DNA of 64,000 nt from Chrysomallon squamiferum (GCA_012295275.1 CM022676.1:12400001-12464000), one strand, 5' to 3'. Numbered from the stretch's first letter, positions 1 through 13,900 are shown. Translations and numbers: made by a program. The notes: generated by a model not told the origin, from the sequence alone.

Positions 1-406
1 AAAGATGATCACTGTAATACTTATTACCTTTGTCATTTCAGAAGATTAGCACTGATATTTAAATGTCTTGAATTGAGATAATTATGTTTGATATTGTCTT
101 CATATCGGTTTATTATTTTGTTTTGAATTTCTATTAAGTATTTTGCAGGTTGGCCTTCCCACCTAGTTAATAACGTCAAATGTCCGAACTGTTTATAATG
201 CTGTAAAGGGAAATTAGTGAAATTAATAATAATTATAATACATCAACGTTGACGGATCGAAAAAATCCATTACAGTAATTTGATTTAGAGTTATCTCCCA
301 TGATAACTTGATTCATAAACCAACCGATAAATGCATGCAATAAAAAAAGAAAACTTCACATTAACAAGGAAGTGTTTAGTTTTGTTGCAGTTTTCTTTTA
401 CCAATA

Positions 407-467
407 ATGTGGAGACGAGTGTATTTACAGTTAATAATTTATTCTGTAGTCGTGAAATCTTTACTGG
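407..467 (+). CDS. Gene A leader exon MWRRVYLQLIIYSVVVKSLL(G)
   Basis: ATG, basic N-terminus and hydrophobic core. G|GTAAGT phase-1 donor is compatible with the D1 acceptor at 3431. Confidence 0.7.
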
Positions 468-1844
468 GTAAGTATAGAATTTAATTAAAATTACTTAGAC
501 ACGGTTAGTAAATTACAAATTTATTTTGACTCTTTTCGCCCTAAAAGACTATAAAATAAATTTAGAAATATTACTCTAGTCATTTGTGATTGTGAATATG
601 TTCCAAAAGAGCCAGCAAAAATTTAAAATTCCCAGTAACAGTAACAATAAGAAATAGTAACAGGGAAAAACAGTATAATTATACCATAATTTATGATGGT
701 TACTGGAAAAATAACGGAGTAATGGCTCTTTTACGTTTCGAAATTTCCTGTAGGTTAGCGCCCCCCCTTTTTTGTTTCTTGTGTCAACCTTTATTGAACA
801 AATGCTTTGATCGAATTTCAGTAAATTCTCAGATCTTCACTAAAAAGCAGGATAACTGCATGTAATGCTGAGGATGTCAAGTTCATTATTTGAGGTTAAA
901 AGTCTAGTTCACCTAAATTTCAGCTAATTAACTGATGAATTAATTGCGGTCTCTTAATGAAATAATAGCACAGTTTTCAGGGATGAAGATGGAATTTGAA
1001 ATGTAATTATATGATGGATTATTATCATTTAACTAACTGGTGAATTTGACTGATGAAAGTTTGTAAAATAAATAATCAGCTGGATTAATTATTATCAGAA
1101 TATGCAGTGGTACCTGTCTTTAGCGGCTGCTGAAATGAACGGCCACCTACCATGTACGGACACTATTCTTAACCCCGATTGGTTTTCAATAGATATGTCC
1201 CTTAGATAAGCGGACAGCTGGTCAACACGGAGAATTTTTTAATTATTGTCAAATAAAGATGTGTTTTGTATCAATCGATACAAATATTTTTGAAGTTACC
1301 TAAAAAATTGAGAAACATTGCATTTCAAAGTTGTGAAAACTAAAGAGTCCGAATGTACGAATTTTAAAAAATTGAAAAGAAGAAGAAAAAACGTATTTCA
1401 TGAGATATCTTTATCAAATTTGCATTATCTATTCAGTAAATACAGGAAGACTTACTGAATTAAATATTTTGTTTTCGGCCTGGTACAATTCACATATCAA
1501 TTTGAGATCGTTCCTGACTAAACGTTCTCGTTAGTGAATAGGTGATTTTTCACACATACACACACACAAGGAAGGTGTTTCATTTAAACTTCTTCATGTT
1601 AGAAACGCTGGAACGTTCGGAACTCTTGCTCAAATAATTTATTCAGCGTGATCGACTGTTGTCGTTTTTTACGATTAATTTTTTTTCTAACATTCACTGA
1701 CTGTGTAGTCATTTTTCCTATTTCTCTGTTTGCTTTGTTTTTGGATGTTAAGACATGTATTTTTAAGAAATTCTCCGTACAAAATAAATTGATATTTGAT
1801 CTCATTGTGCTTTGAAACATAGCAAGCTCCCCAAGCAGTTGTTA

Positions 1845-1910
<66 letters not shown>

Positions 1911-4900
1911 ATTAAGCATGATGACAGTCAAAAAAACTGAAGCTCTGCATTTGTAGTTTATTTTGTTGATGTCATTTATCATGCGGAAAGTTCACAGAAG
2001 TGATTATTGTACATTCTGTTTCAACCTAAAACTTCCCTGCACTAAAACAGCTTGTAAACTCTGAATAATAATAATACATAAATAAATAATAAAATGTTGT
2101 TTTATTATTATTATTATTAATTTATTTTTTAAGTTAGTTAGTTATTTTTTTATTATAGATAATAAATTTATAACTGAGAGATCAATATGCAGAAGAAATT
2201 AAGAATCATCAAACCAATTACAAATGACCAAGAACAAATTCACAAATAATTCAGGAGAATAAATACACAGTTAAGAACAACAAGCACAGAATTAGTCAAA
2301 TAATTAAACAATAAAGAAGAAAAGTAATTGTAAATGGTAACAAATTCAAAACAACTGGCATTTTCAGGAATACCAACACCAAACTCAAAAACAACATTTT
2401 GAAAGTTTGAAAAGATTTACATGGATATTGTCTGTCATTAGCAAGAAAATTCAAGTCAACATCTGAGATACTTTTCTTTATAAAAGGCCAAAATGAAAAT
2501 TTGTTATGGAAAATCTCATTTCTGAAGTGTAAGAATGTCATCTTGCCATTACTGTACTTGAACAGATGATTAGTGGATCCTCCATTGTGATTCTCTGCAA
2601 ACTGCTAGTGGTCACAAGATGAAATGCAGCTACAATCATCTCAAGGATCACCTTTTTTCAGCTTTCCTTGATTTTAGTCTTCAGTGCCTCCTCAGCTGAA
2701 CATATTCAAATTCCATTTACCATTTCATGAGACATTGTATTGAATACGTTCAGAACTTGTGATAGCCATTCTCCTTTCTTTGTGAACTTTGGTGGTGCAT
2801 CTTCCAAATGTTCTTGAGTTTGTTGACTTTATATGAATTGCCCTATTGTGTTGAAATGTTTTGGTAATATATAAACATGTGCAGTCTCAGAGTACAGCAC
2901 AGTTTAGTAACTTATTTTAATTCTCATAACTGACTTTAGTGGTGCAGGTGTCAGTTAAATGTAACTACATTGTTTTATACTCTAGGAAATTCTACTGACA
3001 TCACCATTGAAAGTAGGGTGCTCCAAGATCAGAAAATTTCTCTCTGAGATCTGTGGGTTTCTGTGTTGTCCTTAAGTGAGCAGATAGCTTCCTCCACATC
3101 TTGAACATTATCTTGTGTTTATGCTGATTTAGGTGATAATTTCCCATATTCCTCTCAGTCCATCTGGTACTTTTATACCTTCCTGTTTATAAATCTCTTT
3201 ACCAATGATGTCACTTCTTTCCAAGAAATTCAGTTGTGTTTCTTGGTCCATGGCAACCATTGTGAGAAAAACAAATCAGACTTAACCCATTATCAGAATG
3301 TGAGAGTATCATTTTTAGTGTCATGTAATGAAAACTATTAGTTTTGAAAATGAATATTTAGTCAAATGTGATTTGATAAGTTCAGTTTTCTACTAATATC
3401 TTAATTCATTATAATTTTATTATTTTTCAGGTTTGTCTCTACAGATGAATGGATCATCATCGTATGGAGTTATAAGAGAGAGATATACTTTGTTTTGTTC
3501 TGTTTCACCTGTTGATGATATATCATCAAATGTTCTATTTAAATCATATGAAAATGGTGCTTTTACTTCAGTTTGCTTGGTTAGCACATCCTGTGTTGAG
3601 TTTTTTCCACGCTCTGGTTATAACTGTGGATGTTTTCACAGCAGTGGAGAAACTCGTGTCTACAACTTGACAATACAAAGTCTGAACATTACTGATGACA
3701 CTAAATGGAGATGTTATCATACTTCCAGTTTCAGTAAAGACTTTATCTTGAACGTTTACTGTAAGTACTTTTGATAAAACAAGTTTCTAGTCTTTCATTT
3801 TGCTTTGTGATATTCAAAGCAAAAGAATAGTTCAGTTATAAGCATTGGCACAGACCAAAGAAAGCAAACTATTTGAAATCTTTATTAAATTTCAGACCAC
3901 ATTTTGCTTTGTATAATCTTTGAAATATAAACAACAAGCTATGACACAATACTGAATAAAAAGTTGGAAACACAAATTCTTTGTTTGGTACTATAGACCA
4001 AACTGGTTTTGTTCTGAACAGCTACATAGTATGAACACCGGTGATTTGTAATTGCTGATCATACTTTTATAATAAGTTTCTTGAATTGAGGAGAAGTGCA
4101 CCAACAATTGTGATGATTTCAAGAATCCAAGAGTCTTACCTTTCTGGATGGCTGATGATGATATTTTGTTTTGGAGAGAAAAAGGTTGATATTGCAACAA
4201 AATAGTTTGCTTTACATATTTATTGAAATTTCCTTTAACACTTAAATGTTTAAATGCAGTGAGAAACACATGGTTCAGCCAGTATCTGCTGTTATAGATC
4301 AGCTAATTATTGTCTGAAATCACCAGCGTCAGACTGTCTATAAAAACTATATTTATTCCTTATCACTGTGTAGAAATGTAAGACAGAATCAATATAAGTT
4401 ATTCCTCTCTCTGATGTCCAATCACTTAAGTTGGAAACTGTTGTTATCTCCAAATACTTTTCCTCTTCACAATTGCCAAATGTGGTGACTCCAATAAACA
4501 GTTTGCGTACTCATAGTGGATAAAGAAACATTAGCTTTATATAAGATAAATTAGTATGTACCTGTATCTTTGTTCTTTATAATTCTCAAGCGCTTCAGTA
4601 AATAAACATTAGTTTAAGTTTATATATTTGAGTAATATAATGGGTTATTGAAGTTAATGAAGTGAGTGGCATTGATAATTTTCGATCTCTTAAAATAAAT
4701 ATGTAAATAGACACAAACACATTCATTAGATATGTAGTGTTTAGAAAAGGGTTTATAGTGTTTTCAGTTTTTTCATTTTATCATTTCAGTTGGTCCAGAG
4801 AATGTGACTGTCACTGGTAACAAAGCTGAATTTGACGCTGATGGTAAAACTATTTTAACACTGAAATGCACAACTTCATCATCCAGTCCCAATGTGACCT

Positions 4901-7900
4901 TCACCTGGAAGAATCTGACCAGTGGTCAAGAGATTATTTCACAGAGTCCAGTCAGAGAAGAAGATGCAGGTGATGGGGGAAAACAATTCAGTCAAAATCT
5001 GACAATAACTCCATTCTGGTTTCAAGACAACAACACAATCAGATGTCAAGTGAAAAACACAGCAGTGTCAGTAGAAAGAGTTTCTGACATTGTACTAGAC
5101 TTGATATGTAAGTGTTAATTACACTGTTATTTTATATTAAACAGTTTATACATTGTACTAGACTTGATATTTAAGTGTTAAGTACACTGTTATTTTATAT
5201 TAAACAATTTATACATTGTACTAGACTTGATATGTAAGTGTTAAATACACTGTTATATTATATTAAACAGTTTATACATTGTACTAGACTTGATATGTAA
5301 GTGTTAATTACACTGTTATTTTATATTGAAGAGTTTCTGACATTGTACGAGACTTGATATGTAAGTGTTAATTACACTGTTATTTTATATTAAACAGTTT
5401 CTGACATTGTACTACACTTGATATGTAAGTGTTAAGTACACTGTTATTTTATATTAAACAGTTTATACACTGTACTAGACTTGATATGTGTTAAGTACAG
5501 TTATTTTATATTAAACAGTTTCTGACATTGTACTACACTTGATATGTAAGTGTTAAGTACACTGTTATTTTATATTAAACAGTTTATACATTGTACTAGA
5601 CTTGATATTCAAGTGCAAATTTACTTTGTTATTTTACACTTACTTTTAGCCAAATACAATGTTTAACGTGTTCAGTCTGTATGAATACTAAATTTTGTGG
5701 TTTGTAATTCATCAAAGTTTAAACTATTTTTGATCAAATCTTTTACATGTAAATTGAATTTAATGTATGTGTTCATTTTTATCAGCATGAATGTATTATT
5801 GATGTAATCTCTATTTATTTACTACATTTAATTTAATCCATTCAGTTGATGTTTTAAATTATGCAATACATTAGAAATCAGATCACTCAGTGATTACATA
5901 TATAGCGAATAACAACAAATCTGTACAAATTTCCTCAAACTAAACCTCTAAAATTGCTGACAATGTATTTGAAGTAGAATTTCTTTATGTAAAAATAGGT
6001 AATGATACATATTGTTACACAAACAGATCCGCCATTGAAGCCACCTGTAATATCAGGATACCAGACAGGAAATGTTGTGTATGAAGGTGACACGCTAAAC
6101 CTGTCATGTGTTGTCACTGGGGGGAAACCTTTGGTGACATCAGCAACGTTGTCTTGTTTTGGAGGTCAGAATATGACATCTTCACAGACTGTTGCCAACA
6201 GTGTTGTAGTAGATGTGAAATTTACAGTTACTGGAAATGTTAATATGAAGACTTGTCAGTGCAGTGCAAAACACAAGACAGGCAGATACAGAGACACTGA
6301 CAACAAAACCATCACAGTGTACTGTAAGTATTCTTATTACACTGTTCACTGTGTACTGTAATTGTTCTTATTACACTGTTCACTGTGTACTGTAAGTGTT
6401 CTTATTACACTGTTCACTGTGTACTGTAAGTATTATTATTACATTGTTCACTGTCTACTGTAAGTATTCTTATTACATTGTTCACTGTGTACTGTAAGTG
6501 TTCTTATTACACTGTTCATTGTGTACTGTAAGTGTTCTTATTACACTGTTCACTGTACTGTAAGTGTTCTTATTACACTGTTCTTATTACACTGTTCACT
6601 GTGTACTGTAATTGTTCTTATTACACTGTTCACTGTGTACTGTAAGTATTATTATTACATTGTTCACTGTCTACTATAAGTATTCTTATTACATTGTTCA
6701 CTGTGTACTGTAAGTGTTCTTATTACACTGTTCATTGTGTACTGTAAGTGTTCTTATTACACTGTTCACTGTGTACTGTAAGTGTTATTATTACATTGTT
6801 CACTGTCTACTGTAAGTATTCTTATTACACTGTTCACTGTGTACTGTAATTGTTCTTATTACACTGTTCACTGTGTACTGTAAGTGTTCTTATTACACTG
6901 TTCACTGTGTACTGTAAGTATTATTATTACATTGTTCACTGTCTACTGTAAGTGTTCTTATTACATTGTTCACTGTGTACTGTAAGTGTTATTATTACAT
7001 TGTTCACTGTGTACTGTAAGTGTTCTTATTACACTGTTCTCTGTGTACTGTAAGTGTTCTTATTAAATTGTTCACTGTCTACTGTAAGTGTTTGTATTAC
7101 ACTGTTCACTTTGTACTCTAAGTATTCATATTACACTGTTCACTGTGTACTGTAAGTGTTCTTATTAGACTTTTCTCTGTGTACTGTAAGTGTTCTTATT
7201 ACAGTATTCAGTGTGTACTGTAAGTGTTTTTGTTACGCTTTTCTCTGTGTACTGTAAGTGTTCTTATTACACTTTTCTCTGTGTACTGTAACTGCTCTTA
7301 TTGCCTTTTTCACTGTGTACTGTAAGTATTTTTATTACATTGTTCACTGTGTAATGTAAGTATTCTTATTACAGTTTTCGCTGTGTAATGTAAGTATTCT
7401 TATTACATTGTTCGCTGTGTAATGTAAGTGTTCTTATTACATTGTTCGCTGTGTAATGTAAGTGTTCTTATTACATTGTTCGCTGTCTAGTGTATGTTTC
7501 TTATTACATTGTTCACCTTGTAATTTAAGTTTTCTTATTTCAGTATTCACTGTAATTGAATTGTTCCCTACGTATTGTGAATGTTTATTACACTGTTCAC
7601 TGTGGACTACAAGTGTTCATATTACACTGTCTGCAGTGTACTGTAGTTGTTGATATTACTTTGTTATTTGTGCACTTTTTAACAGTGAACTGTACATTTT
7701 TTTATTATATTGTTCACAGCATACTGTAAGTATTCTTATTACAGTTTTAACTGTGTAATGTAAATTTTCTTATTAAATTATCACTGTGCAGTGGAACTGT
7801 TCTGATTATCTTATTCATGTGTTCTGTAAGTGTTTTAATTAGACTGTACAATGTGGACTGTAAGTGTTCTTATTGAATAGTTCACTACGTATTGTAAATG

Positions 7901-10900
7901 TTCTTATATTATTCACTCTGTATCTGTGTTCTTATTACACTGTTCACTGTGTACTGTAAGTGTTCTTATTACACTGTTCACTGTGTACTGTGTGTTCTTA
8001 TTACTTTGTTCACTGTGTACTGTAAGTTTTCTTATTATCTTGTTCACTGTGTACTGTAAGTTTCCCTATTATCATTATTTACATTGTGCAGTGTTCGGTA
8101 GTGTTATTTTTAAATAGTTAAATGTACATGTTTCATTATCTACATTTTCGTCAGACTATATTTACTTCTCGTATGAATCACTGTTGATAATGAAATGTTT
8201 TCGTTATTTAGTTATTGAAATATGTTTGTAGTTCCACCATCAGTCCCAAGTTTAACTGCAAGTTCAAATTTTCCCTGGTTGGAAAAAGAAAATAGAAATT
8301 TGACGTGCTCTGTGACAGAGAGAGGAAATCCTCCAGCTGACTTTGTCTGGTACAAAAATGGAGTCAAACAGTCTGGACAAAGCAAATCTGTCTGGCAGTT
8401 CAGAAACCTGACTTACAAAGAAAACAACCAAACATTCAGATGTGTGGCTCAAAATAATTTTACACTACACAAAAATGAAGTGAAATCTTCACCTGATACA
8501 ACACTCAATGTTTTCTGTGAGTATTAAACATGATGCTTTGTTATTTTTGTACTTTTTCATGACTTATTGAATCTTAATTTGATAACGAGTAGTGTTTATT
8601 GCAATGAAAAGTCCAAGAACGATAAACTATTTAATTATTATTAAGAATTATTCTTTGTTTGCTCAAAATAATTTATAGTTTATACGAGAAATCAAACTTA
8701 AGAACAAGTAAATAATGATTTAATTTACTACAGACAGTCCACGAGTAACTGTTGATAAATCTGGACCAATCACAAAGCGAGAAGGACAGAAGTTGGAGAA
8801 GATAGACTGTACTGCAGACAGCAATCCTCCAAACCCTACAATTACTTGGACATCAGATTCAAGTAAACCATGGAAGGGTGGTCTCCCTTTAGAGATAGCA
8901 GTACTTGACAGAGGGCAGCACGGTACATATACGTGTAAAGCGACAGTAACTTCGTCACTGGGAACACTGACAGGAACCTCACAAATTGAAATTGTAGTAA
9001 ACTGTAAGTTTTTAAAACTCTTTTTAAATTATATTATTTTATTACTTTTTATAATACATTATTGCACATTAAATCTTAATTAGATCCACAAATCACAAAT
9101 TGAAATTAGAATAAAGCATAATTTAAAAAAAAAAAAAATTAATATTAAATTTATTTGTTGATTAGTTATCTCTCTGATTAGTTAGTGTCGTTTTAATTTG
9201 TTTTAAATTTATTAATAGGTTTTTTTTTGTTTTCTAAACTGGTGGATTATTGTATATTCAATTAGATTCATCAATTACAAACTGCAATTGTAGTAAAATA
9301 TAAGAGGAATATTTCTTTTTCTCAATAATAATAATAATAATAACAACATTGTTCATTCTGATTTCTCTATGATGACTTTTTTAATGTTTTGGAATGTTAA
9401 ACAGATGCTCCTGATGTAGAAGTGACAAGTCAGACAACAAGTGAAGGACACAAACTGACTGTCACATGTGAGGCTTTTGGTCGACCAGACTCTTACACAT
9501 TTCACGGTTTTCAACAGAGCTGGAGGGATCAGTTTGTGAGAAAGGTGGAAGGTACTAAAGAAGAAAGAAACAAATATGTTTGGACAGTGCAGTCTGCTAG
9601 TTACAAAGATTCTGGTACATATCAATGTCTGGTAGACAATGGAATCAAAGACACAAACAACACATTGATTCAAAGCAACACAACTTTAGTACTTGTAAAT
9701 GGTGAGTTATTTTATTGAAAATTCTGTAAATTATATCAAAACGTCATACATATCAGTAATTATTTCACTTGAATTGTAACAAATTCTTTTATATGTTTAT
9801 AAAAGAATAACATCACTAAAAATCAGTGTGTTTCATTGTAAGAATTAAGAATCTTGATTAGGATGTTTTATGACTTCAGGAAACAAAATTTTAATTTCTG
9901 GCATAGTCACACACAAACTGAGGTCTTTGTTTCCACTTTCTATGAATTATTTTAATATATGTAGCTCAATGCTTGAAAACTCATTTTCACTGGTAGCCAG
10001 TCATGGTTGGAACTAGAAATACAACTGTTAATTCTGACTGGTTACTATGACTACAAATCATTCTTTAGATATATTAGAAATAACAAATTAGAAATAGAGA
10101 AAGCTTTATTTACATCACAGACAAATATTGTTAGAATAATGATGATGATGATGAAAATGATGATGATGATGTTTACAGGAAAACCAGTGATCACACTGGA
10201 GAGCAAGAGAGATGAAACAATTGGAGAAGAAACAAGCAGACGAGTCACGTTGTACAAAACAGTGTTTTCTCAAAGTGAAATTACGTCACACAAGTGGATG
10301 AAGAACAGTGACGTCATTAATGACACCAGAATAAAAACTGAAATGACTAAAACAAGAATAACTCTGAGTTTGTTTGAAAAAGTTGTTCATGATGACGGCT
10401 ACAACTTTACACTGGACATCAACATGTTTGAAGAGTCAGACACTGGACAGTACAGACTTGAAGTGTGTAATAATTTCACTTGTGAAATTTTCTCAACTCA
10501 TCTGACAGCAGCAGGTTTGTACTGTTTTTATTTCTGATGGTTTTATTAAAAGTTTTTTTCATTATGATAGTAATTAGATGACAATGTCTATAAGGTCATC
10601 TCACATATTTTTATTCTGGATGTGGCCACAGCTAAAGTCAAATCGTTAAAGCTGTGCTAATTTTGGGTAACAGACTTCATGGGATGATCTATATGACTTT
10701 TCATGCTAGCAGAGAAAGTCTTCTGTGTGTCCAGTGTTGTTTGTGTCAGGTGAGTGACAGTGTTTACAGCCCACCAGTTGTGTTAAACTCAGATGGGCAG
10801 TTGTTAGGACCCATGGTCAGATGTCCTTACAGTCAACACATTCAGTCATAATACAGGTGATGATGTACATAATATAAACACATTTTATTAAAATCAAGAG

Positions 10901-13900
10901 AAAACAACCCACATTTATGTCTGAAACTTGTACAAAAATAACAAAAATCAAATGTATTTAATATATATTATTGACATGAAAATTATTTAATGCAGTGTTG
11001 AAACAGTTGTACTATTTGATGGTAATAATTTGGTGACACTCTATAATGAAAATTAATTGATGTTATATATTTTGTTAATTCTGTGCGTTATTTGATGGAA
11101 GATGTCATCATTTTCATTATCTCATGTGTTCAACACTAAAAAAAGTATATGTAAAATAAAAGAAATCCATAAAAAAAAAAAAAAACAATCGTAAGAAAAA
11201 AGTCAAAATCCTAATGTCTATATTAAAGTTTATTTCCTGCTAGGACCTCCTTACATGCCAAGGTCATTCTCAGCATTTGGTTCTACAAGTGACACTGTAT
11301 TTCTAAAGTGGACAGCAGATTTTGCTGGAGGTCCATACACTCAGAGATTTTTAGTGGAATACAGAGACACAGATACAAAGTCTGACTGGAAACAACAGTG
11401 GTACAATGAACATGCTGAAAGAGATGAAGTTGTTTTTATGAACATCACAGGATTAAACTCAGGACACAAATATGTGTTCAGAGTTTTAGCTGAGAATTCA
11501 AGAAATCTCAGAAACCGCAGTCCATTTACATCTGAAGTAACCATAGAGACTAAAGGTAACATCTAATAATCATTTCAATTATCCAGAGAGAGAGAGAGAG
11601 AGAGACTGAAACTTTATTTAAATAGTTACAATTTTGAATTTTGACGATAATAATAATAACAACATTTTTAAAAAGTTTAAAGAAATTAACTGTAGAAATG
11701 GAGTTCTAGTATTGTAAGAAAAATGAAAAATACATATTTTGATATGTTAGCATATATATTTGAGTTTATTTATAAAATTGACTAAGTGTCCCTTTGGTAA
11801 CATCACATGTTTATATTAAATAAAAGAAGTTATTGCTTCTAATTTAAATTCTGTAAAGAAGTTTTATATTGAACAGCAATTTATCATTTATAAATAGTTT
11901 TTTTTTATATCTACAAATATGGAATGACAAATTTCTAATTTGTTTCTTGTACTGATTATAAAAGAAAATAAATGTTCTACATAAAGAGATATTTTACCTT
12001 CTCATGGACAGGAACAAACCGATACAAAATCTGATTATAAGCATGAATGTCTCATACCAGTTCATCTAAACTGTGATATAACCTGTTGATAAACATTCTT
12101 TGTAAAATCTGGTTATAAACATGAATGTCTCATACCAGTTCATCTAAACTGTGATATAACCTGTTGATAAACATTCTTTGTAAAATCTGGTTATAAACAT
12201 GAATGTCTCATACCAGTTCATCTAAACTGTGATATAACCTGTTGATAAACATTCTTTGTAAAATCTGGTTATAAACATGAATGTCTCATACCAGTTCATC
12301 TAAACTGTGATATAACCTGTTGATAAACATTCTTTGTAAAATCTGGTTATAAACATGAATGTCTCATACCAGTTCATCTAAACTGTGATATAACCTGTTG
12401 ATAAACATTCTTTGTAAAATCTGGTTATAAACATGAATGTCTCATACCAGTTCATCTAAACTGTGATATAACCTGTTGATAAACATTCTTTGTAAAATCT
12501 GGTTATAAACATGAATGTCTCATACCTTAGTTGTAAAATCTGGTTATAAACATTATTGTAAAAGCCTGTTGATAAACATTCTTTGTAAAAGCTGGTTATA
12601 AACATGAATGTCTCATACATTAGTTGTAAAATCTGGTTATAAACATGAATGTCTCATACCAGTTCATCTAAACTGTGTTATAACCTGTTTATAAATATAA
12701 TTAGGAAATAATTTAGCTTATTTAACAAATTATAGGTATTCTATTGTGCACTGATCAAAACACTGGCAATAATCTTGAATGTCTAGTGCCACGTCATCTA
12801 ACTCTGCTCATAAACATTTTAGTTAATTTAACAAACTTTAAATCATTTCTAAATTCATGATCAGTTTATGTTTTTTTTCTTCTTTTTAAAATAAAAATTA
12901 ATATTGAATAGAAATGAAAAAAAAAAAAAAAGGAAACATTTCAGTATTACTGATATTTCTTTTTAGAAAGTAAGATGTAATCATAATTGCAGTTAGTTGA
13001 ATTTGTGTTAAAATACTAGGTTAAATTTATTATTTGTTTCTTTCAGTAAAAGCGTCTTCAAGTGCAAATACTGGAGTTGTTATTGGAGGAGTTGCTGGCA
13101 GTGTTGTTGCATTAATAGTGATTGCAGTGATTGTGACAGTGATTGTGGCACGTCGAAGAATGATGCACAAGAAACGTGGTGAATGATTTTGTCATTGTCA
13201 TTAAAATATTGGATTCTTAATGCATATGGCATTTAACCTTTCTCACAAATTTTTGTTTTTAAATTTAAAATTTTAATAATAATGATAATGATAATAATGA
13301 TAATGACAATAATGATAATGACAATGATAATGATAATAATAAGAAAAGGAATTTATTGCTTGAAATGTTGATGTGTAATTGTATTGTGTATTCATATTTT
13401 TCTTTATAATTTTGTTTTGTTTAGGGTAAAATTAAATATAAAACCAATCATTGTGAACCCAATATATTATCTGTGAGAAAAAATGAAAATAAGACTGGCC
13501 GAAACCATTAGTATTGTTTTATTTCTCATATTCCTTTCAGATCATCTTGATTTATGAATATTGGTTCCTGTAACATCTCATACTTACTTGGCTAGAAATC
13601 TTAAACATTATTCCATGTGATAGAGTATTTAAGAAAAAAACAAGAAAAAAATATATGCATATGTATAGCTTTAAACTACAATTCCAAATGGTAATCATCA
13701 GGAAATACATATTAATATGATCAAACAACATTATATTATTATTCTCTGTTATAATTGTTAAATGGGATGGCTTAAATAAAAAGGTAGTTTTGAAGGATTA
13801 CATTTTTACTAAAAATCATTTATTAATTGTCTCTGTTGGTTAAAACCATTCTATGATGTGATTGGTCAGTACTTGCTGAACTTCTCTGTATGCAGTCAGT

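Noticed and set aside
6312-8070. 34-bp repeats resembling a CRISPR array by length
   Set aside because: Head-to-tail units with no unique spacers, inside a eukaryotic intron, and no cas genes.
7462-8117. Cys/Leu-rich ORFs (MFLLHCSL...), also at 61141 and 62025
   Set aside because: Translations of the minisatellite.
10007-10178. Poly-Met N-terminal extension of the 176-aa ORF
   Set aside because: Intronic (GAT)n microsatellite upstream of the acceptor at 10178.
8264-11562. Minus-strand ORFs at 8264, 9353, 10051, 11341 (also 38457, 62836, 63439)
   Set aside because: Antisense shadows of real Ig/FN3 exons with no independent motifs.
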